From an uncultured archaeon (lineage in GTDB: Archaea > Thermoproteota > Bathyarchaeia > Bathyarchaeales > Bathycorpusculaceae), in NCBI GenBank assembly GCA_963782915.1, contig CAWALK010000022.1:224001-288000 (forward strand): a DNA stretch of 64,000 nucleotides, read 5' to 3'. Positions 23,072 through 33,192 of this stretch are shown piece by piece. The position numbers and the translations under genes are program-made. Under the pieces are notes generated by a model. That model saw only the letters and a list, made by a program, of their open reading frames with translations. It had not been told where the DNA came from and did no database searches. Within the stretch, counting starts at the first letter, position 1; each line of letters begins with the position of its first letter.

Positions 23072-23816
23072 TTATGAACGCCAAACCGCTCTAATAGTGT
23101 AGGCGAGAAAACTTTTAATTTCGTTCCAAGCCAACTTCGATTTCCCTTGCTTGCGATTAACAAACAGCACTGGTGTCTCTTTAACGGGGAAATCTCTTAG
23201 TGAGGCTTGTCGGACTGTTTCTATTTGAATCTCGTAGGTGGTGCTGTGGAGGCTGCTGATGGCTTCTTTTAGAAATGTTGTTGAGTAGCAGCGGAAACCA
23301 GCGGTGCAGTCTTGAAGTTTTAAGCCTAAGGAGACTCGGGCGATGGTGTTAGCGGTTTTGCTGATTATTTTTCTGGAAAGCGGCCAACCTTCGATTTTTC
23401 CGCCTTTACTGTATCTACTGCCGATAACGATGCCGCATTGGCATTCCCTCATTTTCTCTAAAAGTTTAGGTATATCTTGGGGGTTATGCGAGTAATCCGC
23501 GTCCATGGTGAAGACATATTTCGGTGGGGTTTGAGCTTCGAGGAAAATTTTGAAGCCGTCAGTGATTGCCGTGCCTAAACCCGATTTTTTGGGTCCGATT
23601 AAGAAGCATTAGGTTTGGATATTTTTTTTGTTTTTCTACCACTATGTCGGCTGTTCCGTCGGGGCTGGAGTCATCGATTACCAGAATAGAAGCGTCAAGG
23701 TTGAGGTTCTCTATATCCTCGATTAAGTTAGCGATGTTTTCCGATTCGCCATAAGTCGGCAAAATGACTCCTATCTCTGCATGTAGCTGTGAATTTCCAA
23801 TTATCGGATAGCCCAT
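23072..23816 (-). CDS. Polyprenol monophosphomannose synthase-like GT2 glycosyltransferase (frameshifted)
   Basis: ILPTYGE, IDDSSPDGT, MDADYSH, IGSRY, DCTAGFR. Confidence 0.9.
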
Positions 23817-23872
23817 TTTAGTTAATCATCCAAATAGCAGTGTCTATAAATTAATAAACTTTAAGCGAGCGC

Positions 23873-24902
23873 TCAGGCTGAATTTTGTGTTTTTTGTTTC
23901 CTGAGGTAGTATTTTAGTGGGTGGTAGATGCGTTGGCAGAGTTCATCGCGGTTTTTGCAGACGCCATGGGTTTTGAGTACTGAGCATTGGGGTGGGATGT
24001 AGCGTGTTGCTGAACCGCGTTCTCCTGCGATGTGTTCGATTTGGTAGCGGGTTAAGCGTTCGTTATAGTCGCTAAAGGTCTTGTACATTTCGTTGACTGC
24101 TTCAGGTGACATGCCAATGTTAAGTAGGAATGAAGTTAAGTGTGAAGCGGCCGATGTGGGAGAGGTGATGGGCTTGGGCTGCTTCAGCATAGAGGGCGTT
24201 GATGCATGGTGGGAAAGCGCTTTGGGAGACGGTTTTGGGCATTTCTTCTGTTTCTTGCCCCATAATTTCCTGTGCTAATTCGGCGAGTTTGTTGGAGATT
24301 ATGTTGATGTCTTCTGGCAGGTTTTTTAGGTCTGGGATGTCGAGGCGTTTTTCGATTCGGTTCTTGATCTCTTCCTGGAGTAATCGGGCTGTTTTGTCTT
24401 TGTTTAAGTAAACTCTGCCGTTGCCAAAAATTTGGTTAACCAGTTTCCATTCGCTGCCATGCATATGCGCAGCGTTTTTTAAATAAAACGTGAAGCCGAT
24501 GGCGAAGTCTTTGTAAGCGTCTTTGCCGTCGGTGATGTCCCAGTCGAAGTCTTTTGCTATGGCGGCGATTTTTGCTTTCGAAGTTTGTGGGCCGAGCAGG
24601 TGACTGTAAGCAGTTTTCGCAACTGCTAGCGCATAGCGTTTTTTTATCCAAGGCTTCTTGGTGGCAATGGCGAGAATTAGTGAGGCTGCGAAGGAGGAGA
24701 TTTCCTTTTTTTTGTCAATTTCTAATTCGCCGATTGTAAGGTCTAAAATTGCGGATTCCACGCGTTTTTCCGCGCGTTCCAATACAAATCGGTCTTCAAC
24801 CAGGTTTTGGATAGTTAAATCCAGTTGTTGGATTTGGGTTGATGCTTGTTTTAGAAAAGGGTATTTGGCGTAATCCTCAATGGTGATTGTCGCCAATTCC
24901 AT
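23873..24902 (-). CDS. priL: DNA primase large subunit PriL (frameshift near 24180)
   Basis: AKYPF, WKLVNQ..G.V, FPPCI, RYQIEHIAG, PPQC..LKTHGVC Fe-S motif. Confidence 0.94.
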
Positions 24903-24912
24903 GTTGAGGCGC

Positions 24913-25670
24913 CTATTCTGTTTCGATTCTCGGGGCTAAGAAGAAGGTCAGTTTTCCTTCTTTGGTTTGTTGGAAGTCGATTTTGACCGGCATGTCAGTT
25001 GAGAACTCGAGTGTTGCGATGTCGCTGGTTGCGGAGGCTGCTTTGATGATTTCTGATAGGTAGCTGAGGCTGAATGTTGCTTTGGCGTTTTCTTTGACGT
25101 CGAGTTCGAGGAGTGCGTCGTTGCCTTTTTGGAGGATGATGGTTGCGCCCATTAAGTCGCCGCTGGCAGATAGGGTGAGTTTTTCCGGTTCTGCTTCGAT
25201 GCGTACGTGGTCGCTTACGAGTTGTGCGTCTTCGATGGCTTGGCTTAGGCCTGATGGTGGTGGTTTTGGCTTTTACGTTGAAGCTGATTTTTGGTGTTGG
25301 AACTTCTTCGTCTGATGGCTTCGAGTGTGGGCATGGTGAAGTTTCGGGCGTATTTGCCCATGATTGTTACGAGGAGTTTGCCGGTTTTGTCGTCGAGGGC
25401 TAGTTCGACGGATTCTTCTTTTCCTGCGCGTTTGAGGAGTTTGAGCAGTTCAGATATGTTGAGGCACATTTTGCTTGGTTCGGCTGCTTGGTATTCTTGG
25501 AATATGGTTTTGGGCCATTCGAAATCGATCATGGCTACGCGTGATGGGTCCATGGCGCGTAGTTTTAATCCGTCGGGTTCGATTTTGAATGTTGCTTCAT
25601 CCACTAGAATCGAGATGGCGGTGCACATATCCCGCAGGAGTTTGGCGTCAGACACTTTAAGCTTGAACAT
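24913..25670 (-). CDS. pcna: DNA polymerase sliding clamp PCNA (frameshift near 25310)
   Basis: LRAMDPSRVAM, FSLSYL, FFLAPRIE. Confidence 0.96.
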
Positions 25671-26359
25671 GCTATAACCTCTCTCTCACTCAAGTTAATT
25701 GTATAATAGCTTATCATTACACTCAGACTTTATAAATTTAGTCCAGTGATAGGGCAAAAGATGCGCTGAAAGGGTGCAAACTGGTTTGCGGCTGCGGATT
25801 TGGCGGTTTTGAGTGGTGTGGCGTGCGGTGGGAGGGGAAAACTTGGGTGTTTGGCGGTTTGGTTTAGCTTGCGTTTTTTTCTCTATCCCCCTTATTTATA
25901 GGCTCAACAAATGTTGGGTTTTGCGTTTTGTTTGTCAGCATTCATTGGTTAACAGGTAGGGGGAAGCTGTGTTTGTTAGGGAATTTGTTGGGTTTATAGG
26001 CGGCTGTTTTGGGCTCAGTTGGTTTAGTGTGTTTGAAGTTCTGTTGCTTCTGCGGAGCTGCCCCATCCGCCTATAGGTGGGTATACAATGAACCGGAAGT
26101 GCTGAGTGCGCGCATTTGTGTGGGTAGCTGATTGTTGGCAAAGGAATTTTGCGGTTCATATAGGTTTGTTGGGAAATCGCTGGTAATGTCTACAAACTGT
26201 TTTGGGCTGGATGGCGACTATACCCAAAACAGCCCAAAAACCGATTTGCCCTCCACTGGTTTATGTAAAGAATCGCCCGAAAAAACAGCCGTAGTCACCG
26301 AACATTTTATCAACCCCAAAGATTGCGTCAAAGGAAATAACGGAAGGGAGAGAAACAAA

Positions 26360-26822
26360 GTGATTAACCAGATAACAGACCAACTTTTTTTGAGCCAAGT
26401 AATCGATTTACTCGGCCCGGAACCAAACCAGGCACTCGCCAGTCTCAGCCGAACTAGGCATAACCCATGTGGTAAGCGTTTGCCCCGAACCAGAACTCAT
26501 AGAAAAAGAAGCCGCGCTTTTGGCATTATCCAACAACATCTTCTGCTTCCACAGCCAACCAGTCCCCACAGCCACCACAAACCCAAACGAAGACCCATGG
26601 GTAAAAGGCCTCTACCAAGCCATCGACACAGTCAACGGCATCCTACAACAAACCCCAACAGCCAAAATCCTAGTCCACTGCATAGAAGGAGTAGACAGAA
26701 GCCCCTTCATAGTCGCGTCAATAATCGCCCAGCAATACAACATGCAACTCAACCAAGCCTACCAAATCGTAAAACAAGCCCGACCAATAATACATGAACA
26801 CTACGAATGGTTAAACGCCTAA
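26360..26822 (+). CDS. Dual-specificity protein phosphatase (frameshift near 26445)
   Basis: INQITDQLFL N-terminus; ITHVVSVC; catalytic HCIEGVDRS (HCxxGxxRS). Confidence 0.88.
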
Positions 26823-27066
26823 AACGACTTGTTGCTTTGCCAATGACCCCCCTATCCCCTATAAAAAGCTGGTAATTAGAGGTCTGCCTGCCTCAGAGCC
26901 AAAACCCCATAAGGTTTCTGCTAATATGGTCGTAAATTGGTGCACAAGTAAATTGTTAGTAGTGCCGCCAACCTAATGGGCATCTGCATCTTGGATGTAG
27001 TTTCAAGAGGATAAATAACCGCAAAAAATATAACTCTTGTAACATTAAATATAATAATGATAATAT

Positions 27067-27267
27067 ATGACTGAATGTCTCGCAAAAACACGAAAAGTCG
27101 GAGACTCACTAGTCGTAACTTTGCCCAAAGAGGTAGTTGAAAGCAAAAAAATCAAAGAAGGCGAAATAATCGAAATCAGCATCAAGAAAGTACGCAAAGA
27201 CGGCTTCGGAATCCTAAAAGGCGTAGGCCCCTTTACCGCTGAAGATGAGCTGACAACTCATGACTAA
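27067..27267 (+). CDS. AbrB/MazE-type antitoxin (VapB)
   Basis: RKVGDSLVVTLPKEVV..IKEGE swapped-hairpin motif; overlaps the toxin gene. Confidence 0.88.
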   Translation: MTECLAKTRKVGDSLVVTLPKEVVESKKIKEGEIIEISIKKVRKDGFGILKGVGPFTAEDELTTHD

Positions 27268-27646
27268 ACACGTCATCGATTCATACGCTTGGATCGAATA
27301 CCTAAACGGCACAACCAAAGGCAAAAAAGTAGCCCAAATACTTGAGACCAGCGATGAAATCTACTCCTGCGCAATAACAATAGGCGAAGTAGTAAGCAAA
27401 ATCGCACGCATGGGCCAAGACCCAAACCAGCCTACTGACGTTCTCTTAAGCAACTCCCAAATAATCACAGCCGACGAGGAACTCTCCTACCAAGCGGGCC
27501 TAGTGCACTGCGAAATGAGAAAAACCCAGAAAGATTTCGGGGCTAGCCTGACGCCTACATTTTTAGCAACCGCCCGAAAACTAAAAACAAAAATTCTAAC
27601 AGGCGACCCCCATTTCCAAGATGTCAAAGAAGCAACACTGATCTAA
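27260..27646 (+). CDS. vapC: PIN-domain toxin VapC (probably indel-affected near the C-terminus)
   Basis: VIDSYAWIEY, IGEV, ILTGDPHF. Confidence 0.88.
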   Translation: MTKHVIDSYAWIEYLNGTTKGKKVAQILETSDEIYSCAITIGEVVSKIARMGQDPNQPTDVLLSNSQIITADEELSYQAGLVHCEMRKTQKDFGASLTPTFLATARKLKTKILTGDPHFQDVKEATLI

Positions 27647-27670
27647 AGTTGACTAAATAGAAGGTGTACT

Positions 27671-27798
27671 ACAGAAGCCCATTCATAGTCGCCACAATAA
27701 TCGCCCAGCAATACAACATGCAACTAAACCACGCCTACCAAATCGTAAACCACGCACGCCCAATAATACACGAACACTACGAATGGTTAAACGCCTAA
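27671..27798 (+). repeat. Duplicated 3' end of the phosphatase gene (direct repeat of 26695-26822)
   Basis: 128 bp with 10 mismatches by manual alignment, ending at the same TAA. Confidence 0.9.
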
Positions 27799-27801
27799 TC
27801 G

Positions 27802-27843
27802 AGGACTACCTACCTCATGCGAGGTACCCCTCCCCTCTATAGG
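27802..27843 (-). repeat. G-rich dispersed motif, closely matching 21009-21047
   Basis: Reverse complement ATAGAGGGGAGGGGTACCTCGCATGAGGTAGGTAGTCCT vs ATAAGGGAGGGGGTAGGTGCGCCGAGGTAGGTAGGTCCT. Confidence 0.65.
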
Positions 27844-27992
27844 TCCTGTAACGAGTTCCCAATAGACTTTCATAAATGAATTATTTACATAATATTTGTA
27901 AGCTATGAGGTACTGGATAACGTCTTTAAAGTGCTTCATATAAGTTAACTTAAATTGACCAATAATGTAATTATAATTAAAAGGGCGGTTTA

Positions 27993-28579
27993 GTGTCGGC
28001 GACCCCAACCCCACCAGTTGATTACAGCCTATACGTGTTCCCAATCCTATCTGGAGTTATAATCGCTATAGTGACCGCTGTACTGAGACAGGTAATTGCT
28101 TACCATTTTCAAAAAAGAATTTAGCCCTCCAATGTGAAAACAACCTAAAACTAACTAAAATGCAAAATGAAAATAGTCAACATCTAATGGAAATGCAAAA
28201 TATAAATAGTCAAAATCTGACCAAAATGCAGAATGAAAATAGTCTAAAGCTAACAGCACTCGAATTATATCACGAAGACAGAAAAGAAGCCATTTTAAAA
28301 ATAGACGAAATTTTAAAGAAGGGATTCAAGAACTTTCCAGATTTTGAAAAGGAATTAAAAGAATTTCTTGATAGTGGTTCTGGCTTGTTTCTTCCGCAAG
28401 CATTAAGGCAATCACTTAAGCAAGAAGCTGATGAAGTCCATAAACTGGTTACTGAGTTTGACGTTGAACTAAATGGTCCTCAACCTGAATGCGATGACGA
28501 ATGGTTTGAGGAACTTCCACCTTGGGAGGAAATGGCCAATGAAATCAAAGATACTTACGTTCAATTCGACCAACACTAG
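27993..28579 (+). CDS. Hypothetical protein: N-terminal TM plus 11-aa tandem repeats (frameshift in the A-run near 28112)
   Basis: GTG start; LYVFPILSGVIIAIVTAVL; then four 33-nt units (MQNENSQHLME etc.). Confidence 0.6.
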
Positions 28580-28816
28580 AGAAAAATTCAGGCAATATAT
28601 TCCTGGAGAATGAGAAAAGGAGTCATGAAAAGCCAAGAAGTATCAGCGGCAGAATCTTTGCTGAGTCATTCATACATTGCTAATCGAGATGTTTTTCCAT
28701 AAAAGATTTTCGCAGACGCCTTACTATCCCAAGTTAGCTAAATTCAGGATTTATGCGAAAATTCTTGATTATTCTTTGTTAGGGCTAAGAAGTTTGGGGG
28801 AAAAGACTTAAGTTGC

Positions 28817-30256
28817 ATGGCCAATTAGCGCTTTAAACGAAACAAATTGGCATAATAATGGGCAAACTAATCCGCTAACTTTACAGTTCCTCAGTATACT
28901 AAAAGAAAACAGCGGATCTATAAATTCTCGGTTGAAGAAGAGTACCCCTTGGTAAAAGGTGTTTTTGATGCCGATATAGTATACAAACTCCCAAGCTATA
29001 GCCAACCGATAATAACCTTTGAAGTCGAGAGCTCACCGGTACCATATGGTAAAAAATGCGGTAAAATATTTTTCAACTAAGTCGATTGATGTCCCAAAGC
29101 CATGGAATCATTTTATTATAATCTTGAATGGCAAGTTAAGACCTAGCGATAAAATTTCGATTCAATGCGTCACAGAGAGACACTCTGTCCACATTTTTGA
29201 GAATATACTGGGAGATGCTAAAGAACTAGGTAGGTTTAACAAGAAACTTGAGGAGATGTCAAAAGCATTCAAAATAGTTCAAGAAACAAAAAACAAATCC
29301 AAGCAATTCAGAGCTGATTTTTCGAACAGAATTGAAACATTGTCTTTTCTCGATTGAGCAAAAAGAAGATGTTGAGGATTCAATTGATGATTTGATAATG
29401 CTCGTAAAAGAAGTCATCGAGAAATGGGATGTCCCCTCAACAAGGTTTGCAGCAGCAGAGATTTTTAAGGGTCTTTACAAATTGAGTGGCAAGAAAGGCA
29501 TTTGCGAGCTTTACACAATTTTTGAGGATTTATTCAGATACGCCTATTCTCAAAGAAAGCGATTACTTGGCTCAATGATAGAGCCATTTAACTCCATAAT
29601 GCTTGAGGCATGGATAGAAGGTTATGATATTGAGAAAGGAGAGCAGGCTTGCAAACTTCTATTGAGATTGGGCGCTTCTTTTATAGAAACTGATTTGTTA
29701 GTAAGTGAGGATTGTATCCGTGCAATAGATAACTTAGCGGGAGATATGTTTGAACCGCAGATTCTTTAGCAAAGAAATATTATTCTGTGCTATTGCATAC
29801 GAAAAGTCATTCGACAATCCACAAATTAGAAAATTGGTTGAGTCATGTTCTGATTGGGTCAAAATTAATGAAGAATATTCTTGGGATGACGATAAAAAAG
29901 GGTATTTACTCGAATCGATCAAGCTAGCAGAAAGAGAGCAACAGGCTTACGGAATAAAAATCGAGGCGTATAAAGAAAATATTTTATTACCAATTCTTAA
30001 AGTTATAATCGATTCAGAGATCGAAGACTACATGCGATTTTTAGGGGAGAAAGTTGAAGAAGAGGATAACGACGACACTTCCTTTGCTTGTGAAGATTTA
30101 TCGAAAATGATACGGGTATATAGCGAAATTAGACCTGAGTTTGCTATTGAAGTGAAAAACAAGATACTTACAACAAACAACAAACCGATAATAGAATTGT
30201 TTTATCTAATAGTGAATAGCAATAAATTCCTTACAAGTATTTATGAAACCAAATGA
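28817..30256 (+). CDS. AT-rich hypothetical protein in several frames; N-terminal nuclease-like motif and helical C-terminus; boundaries approximate
   Basis: EEEYPL..FDADIVY..IITFEVES followed by three overlapping ORFs (29019, 29332, 29750). Confidence 0.5.
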
Positions 30257-30419
30257 GCATTTTTGATATAGATTTGCAAGTCCAAAATTAAATTTAATTA
30301 GGGCTTTATTAGCACTCTTGATTTGCTTTATCAGAGTATAAAGGTTAGCCTTTATGGTTTATAAGTCATAAAGTATAAGAATAAGCGTGTTCCCTTATTG
30401 GGAAGCTGGTAGTGAGAAC

Positions 30420-30695
30420 GTGAACGTTCCGAAAGAAATCAATACATACTGTCCTAAATGTAAACATCACACAATTCATACTGTAAGCCTCTATAAAGCT
30501 GGCAAACGCCGAGCACTAGCCCATGGCGAACGCCACCACGCACGCGAAAAAGAGGGTTACGGCGGACAAAAATATGCGTTGCAACATGAATTTGCTAAAA
30601 CCACAAAGAAGCAAACTCAACGCTTAAAATGCAAAGTCTGCAACTTTATGTACCATAAAGACGGCATCAGACTAAGAAAACTCGCGCTAGTATAA
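30420..30695 (+). CDS. rpl44e: 50S ribosomal protein L44e (eL42)
   Basis: [28 protein letters not shown]. Confidence 0.97.
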   Translation: MNVPKEINTYCPKCKHHTIHTVSLYKAGKRRALAHGERHHAREKEGYGGQKYALQHEFAKTTKKQTQRLKCKVCNFMYHKDGIRLRKLALV

Positions 30696-30720
30696 TATAA
30701 TTAACCGGAGAAAAAAGAAA

Positions 30721-30918
30721 ATGTCAGAATGGAATAAACTCATCCCAAAACCCCGCAGCGTATTCCTCAGGGTTAAATGCCAAAAATGCGGCAACGAACA
30801 ACTGATCTTCAGCAACACAGTTAACAAAATCACCTGTAACGTATGCGGCGAAACCTTAGCAGAACCAACTGGCGGCAGAGCAAAAATCAACGGCGAAGTC
30901 CTAACCGTTTTAGAGTAA
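30721..30918 (+). CDS. rps27e: 30S ribosomal protein S27e
   Basis: [31 protein letters not shown]. Confidence 0.97.
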   Translation: MSEWNKLIPKPRSVFLRVKCQKCGNEQLIFSNTVNKITCNVCGETLAEPTGGRAKINGEVLTVLE

Positions 30919-30937
30919 ACGGAAAGTGACTTGCCAG

Positions 30938-31138
30938 ATGGCACAGCGTAAGCCGCAGTGGCCAGAAACCCTTGACTATGTCATGGATTATGGCGCTTAC
31001 GCCCAACATGAAACCCAACGTGGTTTTCTCCACGTCAACAAAAATATTTCTTGGATACACGATTTTACAATCCGGAAAACAGGCAACACCTTAAACGCCA
31101 AAATAGGCGGGCAAGGCAGTTTTAGAAGGGAACAATAA
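30938..31138 (+). pseudogene. eif2a: Collapsed remnant of translation initiation factor aIF2 alpha
   Basis: RKPQWPE, DYGAYA, GFLHV, SWI and the C-terminal GGQGSFRRE all within 66 codons, in the canonical slot between rps27e and nop10. Confidence 0.75.
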
Positions 31139-31139
31139 C

Positions 31140-31316
31140 TTGGTTTGGCAACTACGTAAATGCACTAAATGCGAAGCATATACATTAAACAAGGAAACTT
31201 GCCCAGTATGCGGTGGACCTGTGAGGATTCCTCATCCGGCCAAGTTTTCTCCTGACGATAAATACTTCAAGTATCGTATGCAAATGAAAAGAGGTCAAGA
31301 GGTTCAAGAACAATGA
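31140..31316 (+). CDS. nop10: H/ACA RNP protein Nop10 (not in the ORF track)
   Basis: TTG start; LRKCTKCEAYTL..CPVCGG..PHPAKFSPDDKY. Confidence 0.93.
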   Translation: MVWQLRKCTKCEAYTLNKETCPVCGGPVRIPHPAKFSPDDKYFKYRMQMKRGQEVQEQ

Positions 31317-32091
31317 AGGAAACCTACATTAAAGAATTCGCTCAAATCACACCCGCACCCAACAATCCAGTGCTCATCGAAGGCTTACCCGGACTTGGGC
31401 TTAGTTGGCAAAATCGCATTACGCTACCTCATCAAAGAACTCAAAGCCAAAAAAATCGCTTACCTCTACATCCCACACTTCCCATACTTCGTTCTCGTCA
31501 ACAAAAAAGGCAACGTACGCCTACTCAGAGGCGCATTCTACTACTACCAAAACCCCAAAGGCTCAGACATCATCCTATTCACAGGCGACAGCCAATCTCA
31601 AACCATTGAAGGCCAATACGAAATCGCCGACCGCATGCTAGACTTCAGCTGAGAAGCATGGCGTGAAAACCATCGCAACCATCGGCGGCTACCGCATGGA
31701 ACCCAAAGAAAAACCCAAAGTCTACCTCGCCGCAACCAACCACGACATCCTAAACAAAGCCATCGAAGGCGGCGCAACCTTGTCCACAGCAGGAAGCCCC
31801 ATCGTCGGCACCGCAGGACTCATCTTAGGCTTAGCAAAATTCAAAAAAATCGAAGCAATCTGCCTACTGGGCGAAACCCGCGGTTACCTACCGGACCCAC
31901 TCGCAGCCAAAAGCGTCCTAGAAGTCCTCAAATCAACATTCAACTTTGACTTGGACCTCAAAGGCTTAGACGACGAAATCGCAAAAGCAGAAACCATGGT
32001 TGCAAAGCTACAGTTAATCGAAGAAAAACGTGCATTGCAAGCCGAAGAAACCAAAAAGCAAGACGACAAGAAAACAACGTATATTTCTTAA
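31313..32091 (+). CDS. PAC2 family proteasome assembly chaperone (frameshifted)
   Basis: IEGLPGLGLVGKI, FTGDSQ, IVGTAGLILG, GETRGYLPDP. Confidence 0.9.
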
Positions 32092-33179
32092 ACAAAATTT
32101 TCTTTTATTATTTGTACTATTTTTTGGGCTGCTGTGCCGTCACCAAACGGTGACACTGCCGGCAACGGCTCTTTTTCTGAAAGGGCTTCATTCATTGCTT
32201 CTAAAATGCGGTTTTTGTCTGTGCCCACAACCGTAGCAAAGCCTGCTTCCACAGCTTCCTGACGCTCCGTAGACAACCGAATAACCAAAACACGCTTTCT
32301 GATCTGCGGCGCCGTGGCTTCCTCTTGGATACCGCCTGAATCAGTAATAATTAATTTACAATGTCTTTCCAGAATCAAGAAGTCAAGGTACCCCAAAGGC
32401 GGCAAAATCAACACATTCCCCAACGCCTCCATCTTGGATAGCAACCCGTTTTCTTGCAGCCGTTTGCGTGTCCTTGGATGCATCGGGTAAACAATGGGCA
32501 ACGGCGACTTCGCAAAAACCTCCAAAAAAGACTCTAAAAAGGCTGTGTCATCTACGTTTTCAGCCCGATGCGCAGTAGCCAAAGCAAAGGATTCAAAGGG
32601 GATTTGCTGCATTATCTGGGATTTTTTCTCTGCGATTGGCAGATGCTCGTTGACTGCGTCGATGGCTGTGTTGCCGGTTAAGAAAATTTTGCCCCAAACA
32701 TTCTCTTTTAACCAAATTTGTTTTTGAGCGTTCGGTGGGGGCGAAGAGGTACTCGGATATGTGATCCGTTAAGCGACGGTTGTGTTCTTCGGGCATGCGT
32801 AAATCATAGCTGCGTAAACCCGCTTCCACATGCCCAATGGGGACTACGCGTTTGTTCGCCGCTAAAGCAGCCGCTAAAACCGTGTTGGTGTCGCCTTCAA
32901 CCAAAACTATGGAAGGCTCGACTTTGCCCAGCAACTCATCCATCTTAGCCATTATCTCAGCGGTTTGGGCTCCGGGCGAAGCCAGACTCAATTTTTAACC
33001 AGTAATCAGGCGCCGCCAACTCCAAGTTTTCAATAAACTGCTGCGCCATGTTATAGTCGTAGTGTTGGCCGCAATGCACAAACACACGAGGGCAAACTGG
33101 CTCTGTTTAAGGCACGCAGAATTGGCGCCATCTTTATTATTTCAGGCCTAGTACCCGTGACAACAACTATTGGCTTCAT
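32088..33179 (-). CDS. wecB: UDP-N-acetylglucosamine 2-epimerase, non-hydrolysing (frameshifted)
   Basis: VTGTRPEIIKMAP, GDTNT, HVEAGLRS, PEEHNR, TDSGGIQEE. Confidence 0.94.
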
Positions 33180-33192
33180 AGCGGTATCCTGC

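Noticed and set aside
26695-27798. Phosphatase 3'-end duplication as a DGR template/variable repeat pair
   Set aside because: Mismatches are not adenine-specific in either copy and are mostly at third codon positions; no reverse transcriptase is in the window.
31640-31665. TGA in the PAC2 gene as selenocysteine or read-through
   Set aside because: Homology continues in a different frame (AEKHGVKTI), so this is an indel rather than an in-frame stop.
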